Shown piece after piece: positions 9,574 to 18,290 of a stretch of DNA of 42,454 bases (positions within the stretch are counted from its first letter, which is position 1; the number at the start of each line of letters is the position of its first letter). The translations under genes were made by a program, and so were the position numbers. A model generated the notes under the pieces. The model ran no database searches and was not told the origin of the DNA. It saw nothing but the letters and a program-made list of their open reading frames with translations. The stretch comes from Patescibacteria group bacterium (GTDB lineage Bacteria; Patescibacteriota; Minisyncoccia; Phycocordibacterales; SIBU01): NCBI GenBank assembly GCA_038063715.1, contig JBBTUO010000025.1:1-42454 (forward strand). The letters run 5' to 3'.

Positions 9574-9577
9574 CTCT

Positions 9578-10480
9578 ATGGCAAACAGGCACCTTGCAAG
9601 ATCGACGGTATTACAAACACTCTTTGAGTGGGATTTCAACGGCAAAAGACCGACTGATGATGTCGAGGCGATTTTGGAACGTGATGTTTTCGAGTTTGCT
9701 CCAGGACTCGGTGATACCTCTTTTATGCGCGAACTCCTACGCGCTATTGTTGCCAAGCGAAAAGATATAGACATGGTGATTGAAAAAGCTGCGCCAGACT
9801 GGCCGCTTGATAAAATCTCCATTGTTGATCGCAACATTTTGCGTATCGGTCTTTATGAACTTTTGTTTGCGGATAAAGGCGAGGTGCCTGAAAAAGTAGC
9901 AATCAACGAAGCGATTGAACTCGCCAAAACCTACGGCGGAGAAAACAGCGGTAAATTTGTTAACGGCGTACTTGGTTCTGTGTATAAAGAGCTCGGCGAG
10001 CCAGGCAAAGACGCTGTTGCCAAAAAGGGTAAGCGAAAGGTGGAGGTCCCTTTCGAAAAAATGCCGATTCAAAAGCTCGTCGGCGGGGTAGTGTACGCGA
10101 AAGACGGCTCAGATGTATATCTTGCCTTTGTCCACGATATTTTCGGCCACTGGACTCTTTCAAAGGGTAAAATTGCCGAGGAGGAAAAGGAGGAGGATGG
10201 TACAATCCGAAAAATGAAGGAGGAGCTCGGTCTTGATGTTGTTGTGAAGGAGACATTGGGCAAAAACGAGTATGTTGCATCAGATCCAGAACTCGGAAAG
10301 ATTAGAAAACAGGTGAGCTATTTTTTGGTTGAGGCAAAGTATGAAAATATAAAACTCGGCAGCTCTGGGGGGCTTGACGACGGCCGATGGTTTAAAATGG
10401 CAGATATTGTGTCTCTTAATTTGTACAACGATATTTTGCCGATTGTGACAAAGGCGGTGAATATATTATTAGGAAAATAA
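9578..10480 (+). CDS. nusB: Transcription antitermination factor NusB fused to a C-terminal NUDIX-like domain
   Basis: RHLAR..VLQTLFEWD, VDRNILRIG.YEL, VAINEAIELAK.YG...SGKFVNGVLG; then WTLSKG...RKMKEELG. Confidence 0.92.
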   Translation: MANRHLARSTVLQTLFEWDFNGKRPTDDVEAILERDVFEFAPGLGDTSFMRELLRAIVAKRKDIDMVIEKAAPDWPLDKISIVDRNILRIGLYELLFADKGEVPEKVAINEAIELAKTYGGENSGKFVNGVLGSVYKELGEPGKDAVAKKGKRKVEVPFEKMPIQKLVGGVVYAKDGSDVYLAFVHDIFGHWTLSKGKIAEEEKEEDGTIRKMKEELGLDVVVKETLGKNEYVASDPELGKIRKQVSYFLVEAKYENIKLGSSGGLDDGRWFKMADIVSLNLYNDILPIVTKAVNILLGK

Positions 10481-10551
10481 CAATTGACAGTTGACAATTG
10501 ACCTTTGACCCGAGAGTCAAATGTTAATTGTCAAAGGTCACATGTCAGATT
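10478..10551. repeat. Inverted array of 7-bp-periodic units, copy 2
   Basis: ACAATTG ACAGTTG ACAATTG ACCTTTG AC..TCAAATG TTAATTG TCAAAGG TCACATG TCAGATT. Confidence 0.75.
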
Positions 10552-11241
10552 ATGGATTTTGGAAAATTCGAAGACCAGCTCGGTATATATTTTAAAGATA
10601 AGGGTTTGCTTCAAACGGCGTTTACACACCGTTCTTTTATCAATGAGAATCGCAAGGGATCCCTGGCCCACAACGAACGCCTCGAGTTTTTAGGTGACGC
10701 AGTGCTCGAGCTTATCGCGACCCACTTTCTGTACAATAAGTATCCGGATAAGGCGGAAGGGGATTTAACCTCGTACCGTTCTGCTTTGGTAAATGCCGTT
10801 ACTCTTGCCGAAGTTGCCTCGAAACTCGGTATGAATAATTTTCTTTTACTTTCTCACGGTGAATCAAAAGATGTTGGTCGCGCAAGACAATACATTTTGG
10901 CTAACACAATAGAAGCGTTTATCGGAGCGCTGTATCTTGATCAGGGCTACACAGTTACAGAGGCTTTCGCCAAGAAATATGTTTTGTGTTTGATTGACGA
11001 TATTGTCGCTAAGAAAAGTTGGCTTGATGCTAAGAGTTTCTTTCAGGAGAAGGCGCAGGAGGTGGAGGGGGTGACGCCTTCCTATACTGTTTTAAAAGAG
11101 CTTGGACCAGACCACGACAAGCATTTTACTGTTGGCGTGTTCATTGGCAAAGAAAAGGTGGCCCAGGGTGTTGGCCGGTCAAAACAGGACGCGGAACAGG
11201 ATGCGGCAAAGCAGGGACTTGCGGCTAAAGGCTGGATGTAG
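10552..11241 (+). CDS. rnc: Ribonuclease III
   Basis: HNERLEFLGDAVL signature, dsRBD (GPDHDKHF, SKQDAEQDAA); start moved to ATG 10552. Confidence 0.96.
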   Translation: MDFGKFEDQLGIYFKDKGLLQTAFTHRSFINENRKGSLAHNERLEFLGDAVLELIATHFLYNKYPDKAEGDLTSYRSALVNAVTLAEVASKLGMNNFLLLSHGESKDVGRARQYILANTIEAFIGALYLDQGYTVTEAFAKKYVLCLIDDIVAKKSWLDAKSFFQEKAQEVEGVTPSYTVLKELGPDHDKHFTVGVFIGKEKVAQGVGRSKQDAEQDAAKQGLAAKGWM

Positions 11242-11303
11242 GAAAGGCGACACAGGGGCGCTTTTTTCTTTGTGTTAAAAAGGCTATAATTTGGGGCAAT
11301 ATT

Positions 11304-13565
11304 ATGTATTTAAAATCCCTGGAACTTAGCGGATTTAAATCCTTCGCCAAAAAGACGGAGCTTAATTTTGCTACTCCAATTACAGGTATTGTCGGGCCGA
11401 ATGGTTCTGGAAAATCCAATATCTCTGAAGCATTTCGGTTTGTGCTTGGTGAGCAATCAATTAAGTCCATGCGTGGAAAGCGCACTGAGGATTTGATTTG
11501 GAACGGTGGGGGAGATTTGAGTCGGGCGAATCGCGCGGGTGTGAAAGTTGTTTTCGATAATCACAAGCGGATTTTGAATGTTGATTTTGATGAAGTGTCT
11601 ATAGAACGTGTGGTGTATCGGGACTCATCAAGCGAATATTTGATAAATGGGACACAGGTGAGATTGAAGGATGTCATCGAGCTTCTTGCGGCAGCTCATA
11701 TCGGCTCGTCCGGCCATCACATTATTTCTCAAGGTGAGGCAGATCGAATTTTAAATGCCAACAGTCGTGAGCGTCGTGACATGCTCGAGGACGCGCTTGG
11801 GCTTAAGATTTTTGAATATAAGCGAATTGAGAGTGAACGGAAGCTTGAAAAAACGGAGGAAAATATTAAATCGGTTGAATCGCTTCGTCGAGAAATAGCC
11901 CCACATCTTAAATTTTTAAAAAAGCAGGTTGAAAAAATCGAGAAGACCCTCGAACTCAAGGAACAGCTGCGTGCTCTCTACAAGGAATATTTGAAGCGTG
12001 AAGATAACCACCTGAAACAGGAAAAAAATGCGCTTGAAGGCGAGCGACAGAAACCACTCACTGATTTGAAAAAGTTGGAGCATGACCTGGCTAACGCGAA
12101 AGCCTTTTTGGAAAAGTCAGCCGGCCGGGATCATAAATCAGATGAGCTTATCAAGCTTGAAGAAGATCTTTCTGCGCTTCGGCAAGAAAAGGACACAATT
12201 GTACGTGAGCTCGGGCGAATTGAAGGCGCAATTCTAAGCGAGAAGCGTATTGTAGAGAGGGAGCGATTGGTACAGGCGCGAGAGGGTACTCAAACTGTAC
12301 CACTTGGTGAAGTTGAAAATTTTGCCCGTACTGTTGAGGAAAAAATGAAGGTCGTTGAGGCCGAGAATAATCCGCAAGGTTTTGTTGGTTTTTTGGCATT
12401 TATAAGAAAAGCATTTCAGGATTTTGTAAGCTCGCATCGCGCTAAAAGCAATGCGCGCCTGACAGAGGATTCCGAAGGTGAGATTACTAGACTTACCCTT
12501 GAACGCGAGACCCTTGATGGAAAATTGAAAAATGTAGTTATTCGCGAGGCTGAATTTCGCCAGAACTACACTGTTTTGCAGTCTGCCATTGAGAAGGAAA
12601 AAAACTCAGGCCGCGAGGCAGAGCGAGATGTATTTCGTATTGTGAGCGAGCAGAATGACATTCGAGCTATTTTGGCGAAGCTTACTCAGCGAGAGGAAAA
12701 ATTAATTGTTATCGAGGAAGATTTCAAGCGGGAATTGCAAGAAGGTTCAATGCTTTTGGGTCGGGCAGTGCTCGATTTTGACGCTTTTGTAATTTCCGAG
12801 ATTGCAGAAGAACGAACAGCTCAAGATAATCGTAAACATCTGATTCAGAAATTAAAAATTCGCATCGAAGATGCCGGAACTGGTGGCGGGGAAGATGTGA
12901 TGAAGGAATTTAAAGAGGCGACCGAGCGCGACGCATTTTTGGAACGAGAACTTGCCGATCTTGCTTTGTCAGCTGTGTCTCTCAAAAATCTTATCGCCGA
13001 GCTCGGTGAGAAATTGAACCAGGAATTTCAAGCTGGAGTGGAAAAAATCAATACCCAATTCCAGAACTTTTTTATTCTGATGTTCGGTGGTGGTAGCGCC
13101 AAGCTTGAAGTGGTTCGAGAGCAAAAAAAGAAAAAAGCGGACACTGATTTGGATATTAGTGGCGAGGAAGAAATGTTGTCCGACGAACCAGACGAGGATG
13201 GGGAGGTAAAGGAGGGAATTGAGATTGAAATTTCTTTGCCACGCAAAAAAATCAAAGGTTTGATGATGCTTTCTGGTGGCGAGCGAGCTCTCACATCGAT
13301 TGCGCTACTTTTTGCGTTGTCACAGGTCAACCCTCCACCTTTTGTTATCCTCGATGAAACAGACGCCGCGCTTGATGAAGCAAATTCAAAAAAATATGGA
13401 GATATGATCGAAAGCTTGGCCAAGCTGTCACAACTTATTTTGATTACGCACAATCGCGAGACAATGTCTCGTGCTGGAGTGATTTACGGCGTGACGATGG
13501 GTTCGGGCGGTGCCTCGAAACTTTTGTCTATCGCGTTTGACCAAGCGGTGGAGGTGGCGAAATGA
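11304..13565 (+). CDS. smc: SMC-family ATPase, short form (753 aa)
   Basis: GFKSF, Walker A GPNGSGKSN, IISQG Q-loop, LSGGE signature, LDETDAALD, ITH; coiled-coil middle. Confidence 0.88.
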   Translation: MYLKSLELSGFKSFAKKTELNFATPITGIVGPNGSGKSNISEAFRFVLGEQSIKSMRGKRTEDLIWNGGGDLSRANRAGVKVVFDNHKRILNVDFDEVSIERVVYRDSSSEYLINGTQVRLKDVIELLAAAHIGSSGHHIISQGEADRILNANSRERRDMLEDALGLKIFEYKRIESERKLEKTEENIKSVESLRREIAPHLKFLKKQVEKIEKTLELKEQLRALYKEYLKREDNHLKQEKNALEGERQKPLTDLKKLEHDLANAKAFLEKSAGRDHKSDELIKLEEDLSALRQEKDTIVRELGRIEGAILSEKRIVERERLVQAREGTQTVPLGEVENFARTVEEKMKVVEAENNPQGFVGFLAFIRKAFQDFVSSHRAKSNARLTEDSEGEITRLTLERETLDGKLKNVVIREAEFRQNYTVLQSAIEKEKNSGREAERDVFRIVSEQNDIRAILAKLTQREEKLIVIEEDFKRELQEGSMLLGRAVLDFDAFVISEIAEERTAQDNRKHLIQKLKIRIEDAGTGGGEDVMKEFKEATERDAFLERELADLALSAVSLKNLIAELGEKLNQEFQAGVEKINTQFQNFFILMFGGGSAKLEVVREQKKKKADTDLDISGEEEMLSDEPDEDGEVKEGIEIEISLPRKKIKGLMMLSGGERALTSIALLFALSQVNPPPFVILDETDAALDEANSKKYGDMIESLAKLSQLILITHNRETMSRAGVIYGVTMGSGGASKLLSIAFDQAVEVAK

Positions 13566-13668
13566 AAAATCAATATACGCCATGGCGTATATTGATTTTT
13601 CATGACAAAAATGTTTAAAGGCTCAACCGTTCACGGTTGAGCCTTTAAACCAAAACCAGTGAGCCGTT
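13562..13668. repeat. 42-bp perfect palindrome plus a GGCTCA-family hairpin between convergent smc and rnr
   Basis: ATGAAAAATCAATATACGCCA|TGGCGTATATTGATTTTTCAT 13562-13603; GTTTAAAGGCTCAACCG..CGGTTGAGCCTTTAAAC; then CAAAACCAGTGAGCCGTT. Confidence 0.85.
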
Positions 13669-13696
13669 ACATTAAAATACGCCTTTGTAAGGCCGT

Positions 13697-15667
13697 TTAC
13701 TCCTTTACGAGTGTGTAATCGAGCGTTTTTCGCTCGAGATCCGCACTGGCAACTTTGAATTTTATTTTGTCACCGAGCGAGTAGGCTTTTTTGGTTTTTT
13801 CGCCCACGATCCGGTAATTTTTTTGGTCGAGAATGTAAAAATCATCGCCGAGGTCGCGCAGTTTGATCATTCCCTCACATCGGGTTTCTTTCTCTTCGAT
13901 ATACATACCCCATTCAGTGACTCCGGAAATAGTGCCGTCAAATACTTGGCCAACCTTGTCCTGCATATATTCCACCTGCTTGTATTTTTTCGAAGCGCGT
14001 TCGGCTTCAGCCGCGGCAATTTCCTGCTCAGAATTTTCATGCGCCATTTTTTCATAGGAATGCCATTCGTGCGGAGGAATTTTCGTGCCGTTTAGGTGAT
14101 GGAACAAAATACGATGCACGAGAAGGTCAGCATATCGGCGAATAGGGGACGTAAAGTGCGTGTAATACTCGAAAGCTAATCCGAAATGGCCGATGTTGCC
14201 GGTTGAATAGACTGCTTTGGCCATCGAACGGACGGCAGCGGTTTTAATCATTGATTCTTCAGCCTTACCTTCAATTTGTCTGAAAAGCATCTGAAGATCC
14301 TTCGCGGACACTTTTCCGTGGGTATCCGGCAGATCATGGCCGAGGGCGCGCAAGAAAATGCCGAGCTCGGAAATTTTTTCCTGGTTTGGAATATCGTGAA
14401 TGCGGTAAATAAACGGCTCCTTGCTCTTTGTTTTCTCGCGAGCTTTGTAAATAAATTCGGCCACCTCTCGGTTGGCAAGCAACATGTATTCCTCGACGAG
14501 TTTGTGGGTATCGAGACGCTGTTTCTTGTAAATTCGGATTGGCTTGCCGGTTTCATCAAGATCAAAACGCACTTCGTCTTGCTCGAAATCAATTGCGCCA
14601 TCACGGAACTTTTTCTCGCGCATTTTTTTGGCGAGACGATTAAGGGTTTCCAGACCCTCCTTGTGCTCAGTCGATTTATTGTCCAACACATCTTGTGCCG
14701 CTTCGTATGTAAATCTTTTTGCAGAATGGATTATTGTTTTACCGAACCAGCGCTCTTTAACAGTGGCATTTTCACCAATCACAAACACAGCTGAAAAAGT
14801 CATGCGATCCTCGTTTGGTTTTAAACTACATACATCATTTGAGAGTGCCTCGGGAAGCATTGGAATTGTGCGGTCAACCAGGTACACCGAGAAGCCTCGC
14901 TTCTGGGCCTCACGATCGAGCTCGGTTTTTTCCTGGACATAGTGCGATACGTCGGCAATGTGAACGCCGATTTCAAAGTCACCATTTGGCAATTTTTTGA
15001 ATGAAATAGCGTCGTCAAAGTCCTTCGCGTCTACTGGGTCAATGGTGAAGGTGAGAGTTTTGCGGAAGTCACGTCGCTTGGCCAGTTCTTCTGGGGAAAC
15101 TTTGCCCGATTGTGCTGAAATTTTTTCTGACTCATGTTCTACTGCCTCGGGGAAGCTCGCATCAAACCCTTTTTCAAGTGCGATACCTCGCATTTCGGCG
15201 TCATTGTCTCCTTTTTTACCGATGACCTGTGCGAGTTCACCCTCAGGGTTTTTCTCTGGGTCGGTCCAGCTGGTGAAATTTATTAGCACCTTCATACCGA
15301 TGGCGGAGTCGGCGAGGTTACTTTGGGCTACTACAATATCTTTGTAGACTTTTTTGTCGTCTGGTACGAGGAAAAATCGCCCTTTGTCTTTTTCAAGTGT
15401 GCCGACAAATTGACGCTTGGCGCGGGTTACGATTTTTGTGACCTTACCAGCTAATCTCTGTTTTTTTTGTTTTGGGAGTAGGGAGATTTCAACCTCATCG
15501 CGGTTGAGGGCGGTGTTGAGGTTTTCGGTTTCAATCACAATATCTTCATCAAATCCTTCGGCCTCAAAAAAGCCAGTCCCTTTTCCAGCAATGCGAATAA
15601 CCCCGATAAGAGGTTTGGAGTGTGCTGGTTGACCCCTGTGTTTTTGGTTTTTTTGACGCTTTTGCAT
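13697..15667 (-). CDS. rnr: Ribonuclease R
   Basis: TIDPVDAKDFDDAIS, HIADVS, HFGL..YTHFTSPIRRYADL, C-terminal S1 domain; start moved to ATG 15667. Confidence 0.95.
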   Translation of the reverse strand: MQKRQKNQKHRGQPAHSKPLIGVIRIAGKGTGFFEAEGFDEDIVIETENLNTALNRDEVEISLLPKQKKQRLAGKVTKIVTRAKRQFVGTLEKDKGRFFLVPDDKKVYKDIVVAQSNLADSAIGMKVLINFTSWTDPEKNPEGELAQVIGKKGDNDAEMRGIALEKGFDASFPEAVEHESEKISAQSGKVSPEELAKRRDFRKTLTFTIDPVDAKDFDDAISFKKLPNGDFEIGVHIADVSHYVQEKTELDREAQKRGFSVYLVDRTIPMLPEALSNDVCSLKPNEDRMTFSAVFVIGENATVKERWFGKTIIHSAKRFTYEAAQDVLDNKSTEHKEGLETLNRLAKKMREKKFRDGAIDFEQDEVRFDLDETGKPIRIYKKQRLDTHKLVEEYMLLANREVAEFIYKAREKTKSKEPFIYRIHDIPNQEKISELGIFLRALGHDLPDTHGKVSAKDLQMLFRQIEGKAEESMIKTAAVRSMAKAVYSTGNIGHFGLAFEYYTHFTSPIRRYADLLVHRILFHHLNGTKIPPHEWHSYEKMAHENSEQEIAAAEAERASKKYKQVEYMQDKVGQVFDGTISGVTEWGMYIEEKETRCEGMIKLRDLGDDFYILDQKNYRIVGEKTKKAYSLGDKIKFKVASADLERKTLDYTLVKE

Positions 15668-15784
15668 AAGGGTGTCATTGTAGCACAGAAAATGAAACAT
15701 GGAACCTGGAGCATATAGCACCTGTCTAAATTGCTTTAGCAGTAGTTCTTGCAAAAAAGCGCGGTTTTTGCTACTATAGCGTCC

Positions 15785-16147
15785 ATGTTAAAAATCAGAT
15801 TACAACGGGTTGGCAGGAAGCATGTACCGACTTTTCGTGTGGTTTTGACTGATTCAAGAAACAGTACCAAGAGCGGTCGCTTTTTGGAGATTCTTGGCTC
15901 ATATGATTCACGCAATGATGACAGTAAGCTTGTTAATGCTGAACGAGTAAAATATTGGATTTCAAAAGGAGCCCAGGTTTCAGGAACTCTTCATAACTTT
16001 CTTGTTCACACAAAGGTAATTGTGGGTAAGAAAATCAATGTATTGCCAATGAAGCGGCCAATCAAGAAGGAGGAGGAAGCAAAGAAGGAAGGTGAGGCAA
16101 TTCCAGTCGCCGAGGCCGCTCCAGTAGCTGAAGCTCTAAAGGCATAG
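15785..16147 (+). CDS. rpsP: 30S ribosomal protein S16
   Basis: MLKIRLQRVGRK..P.FRVV..DSR....GRFLEILGSY, YWISKGAQ.S. Confidence 0.96.
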   Translation: MLKIRLQRVGRKHVPTFRVVLTDSRNSTKSGRFLEILGSYDSRNDDSKLVNAERVKYWISKGAQVSGTLHNFLVHTKVIVGKKINVLPMKRPIKKEEEAKKEGEAIPVAEAAPVAEALKA

Positions 16148-16155
16148 TACTAAAA

Positions 16156-16190
16156 CAAAAACCCCCGCTGATGAAATCGGCGAGGTTTTG
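16156..16190 (+). terminator. Possible terminator after rpsP
   Basis: Imperfect hairpin AAAACCCCCGCTGAT-GAA-ATCGGCGAGGTTTT. Confidence 0.5.
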
Positions 16191-16216
16191 ACTTGACTAG
16201 CCTGTTACCGTATACT
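16188..16216 (+). promoter_or_regulatory. Putative sigma70 promoter of khpA, giving a ~230-nt leader
   Basis: TTGACT-N17-TATACT. Confidence 0.6.
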
Positions 16217-16294
16217 ATTTATAGCAGTACGTGAGTATGGCGGAAGATTATATTAAAAATATTGCCGCATTAACGGTCGAAACTGCAGATCGAA

Positions 16295-16425
16295 ATAGAA
16301 CTTTTGACTTTGGATGCAATTCGAGGCGCAAGCGAGGCTTGTGACCAAGCTGTAGTTAAATGCTACTGCGCGGGAGCAAACGAGCGAAGCAACGAAGAAG
16401 TGCGCCAAAGACGAAAGTTATAGAA
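16295..16425 (+). other. Rod-shaped structured insert (MITE-like element or ncRNA) in the khpA leader
   Basis: Outer stem AACTTTTGACTTTGGATGCA / TGCGCCAAAGACGAAAGTT, inner stems, flanking ATAGAA direct repeats. Confidence 0.55.
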
Positions 16426-16449
16426 TTAAAAATCAAATATACTGTATAT

Positions 16450-16767
16450 ATGAAACAAGAAGGTGATGTAGCTTTTCTTGAGTATGTTGTGAAAGCTCTT
16501 GTTGACACTCCAAACGATGTTAAGGTCGTCAGGACTGTTGACGAGATGGGAGTGCTTTTGACGCTTAGCCTTAATCCTGCCGACATGGGTAAAATCATCG
16601 GCCGAATGGGTAACACCGCAAAAGCTCTCCGAACTTTGCTTCGAGTTGTTGGAATGAAAAACAACGCTCGGGTCAATTTGAAGATCAGCGAGCCAGAAGG
16701 CGCCGCTCCTCGGGAGATAAAGACCAATAAGACTGTTGATGAGTCATTGGAAGACTTGAAGATTTAA
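16450..16767 (+). CDS. khpA: KH-domain RNA-binding protein KhpA
   Basis: FLEYVVKALVD.P..V.V, DMGKIIGRMGNTAKALRTLL (GxxG loop); located after rpsP. Confidence 0.9.
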   Translation: MKQEGDVAFLEYVVKALVDTPNDVKVVRTVDEMGVLLTLSLNPADMGKIIGRMGNTAKALRTLLRVVGMKNNARVNLKISEPEGAAPREIKTNKTVDESLEDLKI

Positions 16768-16787
16768 GTAGATTCAAGATTCAGGAA

Positions 16788-16835
16788 TTATGTCAAACCA
16801 AAACCGCCCGCAAGGGCGGTTTTGGTTTGACATAA
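16788..16835. terminator. 22-bp perfect hairpin with a GCAA loop; terminator overlapping the aroD -35 box
   Basis: TTATGTCAAACCAAAACCGCCC-GCAA-GGGCGGTTTTGGTTTGACATAA; TTGACA(16827)-N17-TAGTAT(16850). Confidence 0.75.
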
Positions 16836-16894
16836 CCTTATCCTGTAAGTAGTATCCTCTCCAGACTAGAAACACAAACCAGACTATTGATATC

Positions 16895-17623
16895 ATGAAT
16901 AAACCGAAATTCGGTGTAGTTGCTTCCGTCACAGAAAGTGACCCTGCAAAATTTGCCGGGGCGTTGGTCATCGCCGGCCTTAAGGCTCCCTCAGTTGAGG
17001 TTCGGCTCGATGGGTTGGAGGATGAAGTCGGGCGGTTTTGGCCTTTTTTGTCCAACTGGCCGAAATCAACACCGCTTATTCTTACCTTGCGTTCAGTGGA
17101 GCAGGGTGGTTCACGGGTGATTCCACTTGAAATGCAGTGGCTCCTTTGGGCAAGCTTGCCTCCCGAACCTCAGTCACTTGTCGCTGATCCCAAGTCGCTG
17201 ATTTTTCTGGATTGGGGTCTCGATCTCATTCAGTATTGTCAGAAAAACAGAAAGCGGCAGCTGTTTCCTTGGGAGAAGATTGGGGCCTCGCTCCATTATT
17301 TTCGCGAAACTCCTGACGATCTTGCAACTCCTGTCGCAGCACTTGAAGCCGCTCCAGCCCTGGCGTTTTTGAAATTCGTGACAACAGCAACGCGTGATAC
17401 CGATGCCGATCGTGTCAAACGCCTTTTCAGCGGTCGTTCTGACCCGCGCCCATTCATCGCATTTTTGATGGGAAAGTTGGGTGAGGACAGTCGGCGAAAG
17501 TGTCTGGGTTGGGGATCAGACGCAACCTACGGCTATGTGCCCGGTTGTCCGCGCACCGCACCAGGACAGATACCGTTTACCGATCTGCTCGAAGATCCTG
17601 ACGTTCGGGCCGCTCTCGTTTGA
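16895..17623 (+). CDS. aroD: Type I 3-dehydroquinate dehydratase-like protein
   Basis: VEVRLD, LILTLRSVEQGG, ASLHYF..TP, LKFV (Schiff-base Lys), MGKLG..SR, TAPGQ. Confidence 0.8.
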   Translation: MNKPKFGVVASVTESDPAKFAGALVIAGLKAPSVEVRLDGLEDEVGRFWPFLSNWPKSTPLILTLRSVEQGGSRVIPLEMQWLLWASLPPEPQSLVADPKSLIFLDWGLDLIQYCQKNRKRQLFPWEKIGASLHYFRETPDDLATPVAALEAAPALAFLKFVTTATRDTDADRVKRLFSGRSDPRPFIAFLMGKLGEDSRRKCLGWGSDATYGYVPGCPRTAPGQIPFTDLLEDPDVRAALV

Positions 17624-17704
17624 AATCAGTTTTCTCAATTCCCACGCTCGACTCCGGTCGGGCTTTTTTCTTGCCTTTTTGTATAAAAAAAGCCCCCGTC
17701 AGCG

Positions 17705-18193
17705 CTAGCTGAAAGGGGAATTAGGGCCGTCAAACTCATTATGAACGGGCGGAGCCGGGACATAAATTTCCTCGGGGCGCGGTTGGCGGTCGGCAGTTCG
17801 TGTGGTGACGGTTATGCCTCGAGCATGGAACTGAGCGGCGATCATGGTGGCCCAATCACGCTCAGTTACAGTTGCGTCATAGGAATTTTCAACGACGACA
17901 CTCAAAGAGGTTTGGGTAACTCGCACGCGAGCCCAGACTTTGTGATGTTCCGGTTGAAGTCCACAGACGATCGAAACAAATTCGATTTCGCGGTCGTTGA
18001 TCCAACGTTGCTTGCCCTCCCAGCCGATCGACTCAAGTATTTCCTTGACTTTTTTCTCAGCCGCCGAATCGTTTGCCGCGATGATTTCTTGTTGAAGCCG
18101 GTTATTGAAGGCGACTATTCGCCAGAACAGCACGGCAGCGGTAAGGAAGAAAAACAACACAGAGGTTTTGGGGTATTCGTTCAAGATTTCCAT
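17705..18193 (-). CDS. Hypothetical membrane-anchored protein
   Basis: 162 aa with an N-terminal TM helix; upstream TTGACA(18260)-N16-TAAAGT. Confidence 0.6.
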   Translation of the reverse strand: MEILNEYPKTSVLFFFLTAAVLFWRIVAFNNRLQQEIIAANDSAAEKKVKEILESIGWEGKQRWINDREIEFVSIVCGLQPEHHKVWARVRVTQTSLSVVVENSYDATVTERDWATMIAAQFHARGITVTTRTADRQPRPEEIYVPAPPVHNEFDGPNSPFS

Positions 18194-18290
18194 AGCATTT
18201 AAAGGACGAGGTTTTTTTAGAGGCTACGTAATACTTTATCATTATTTAATAAATTGTCAAATTTGCTAAATAGTGCTATTGTTTTTCTTT

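Noticed and set aside
16360-16449. N-terminal extension of KhpA (also the longest-ORF starts of rnhB, rnr, rpsP, rnc and rpoD)
   Set aside because: The extensions run through structured or promoter DNA; family similarity begins at downstream ATGs
17741-18202. 153-aa plus-strand ORF
   Set aside because: Antisense to 17705-18193, which has the promoter, the ATG start and a TM anchor
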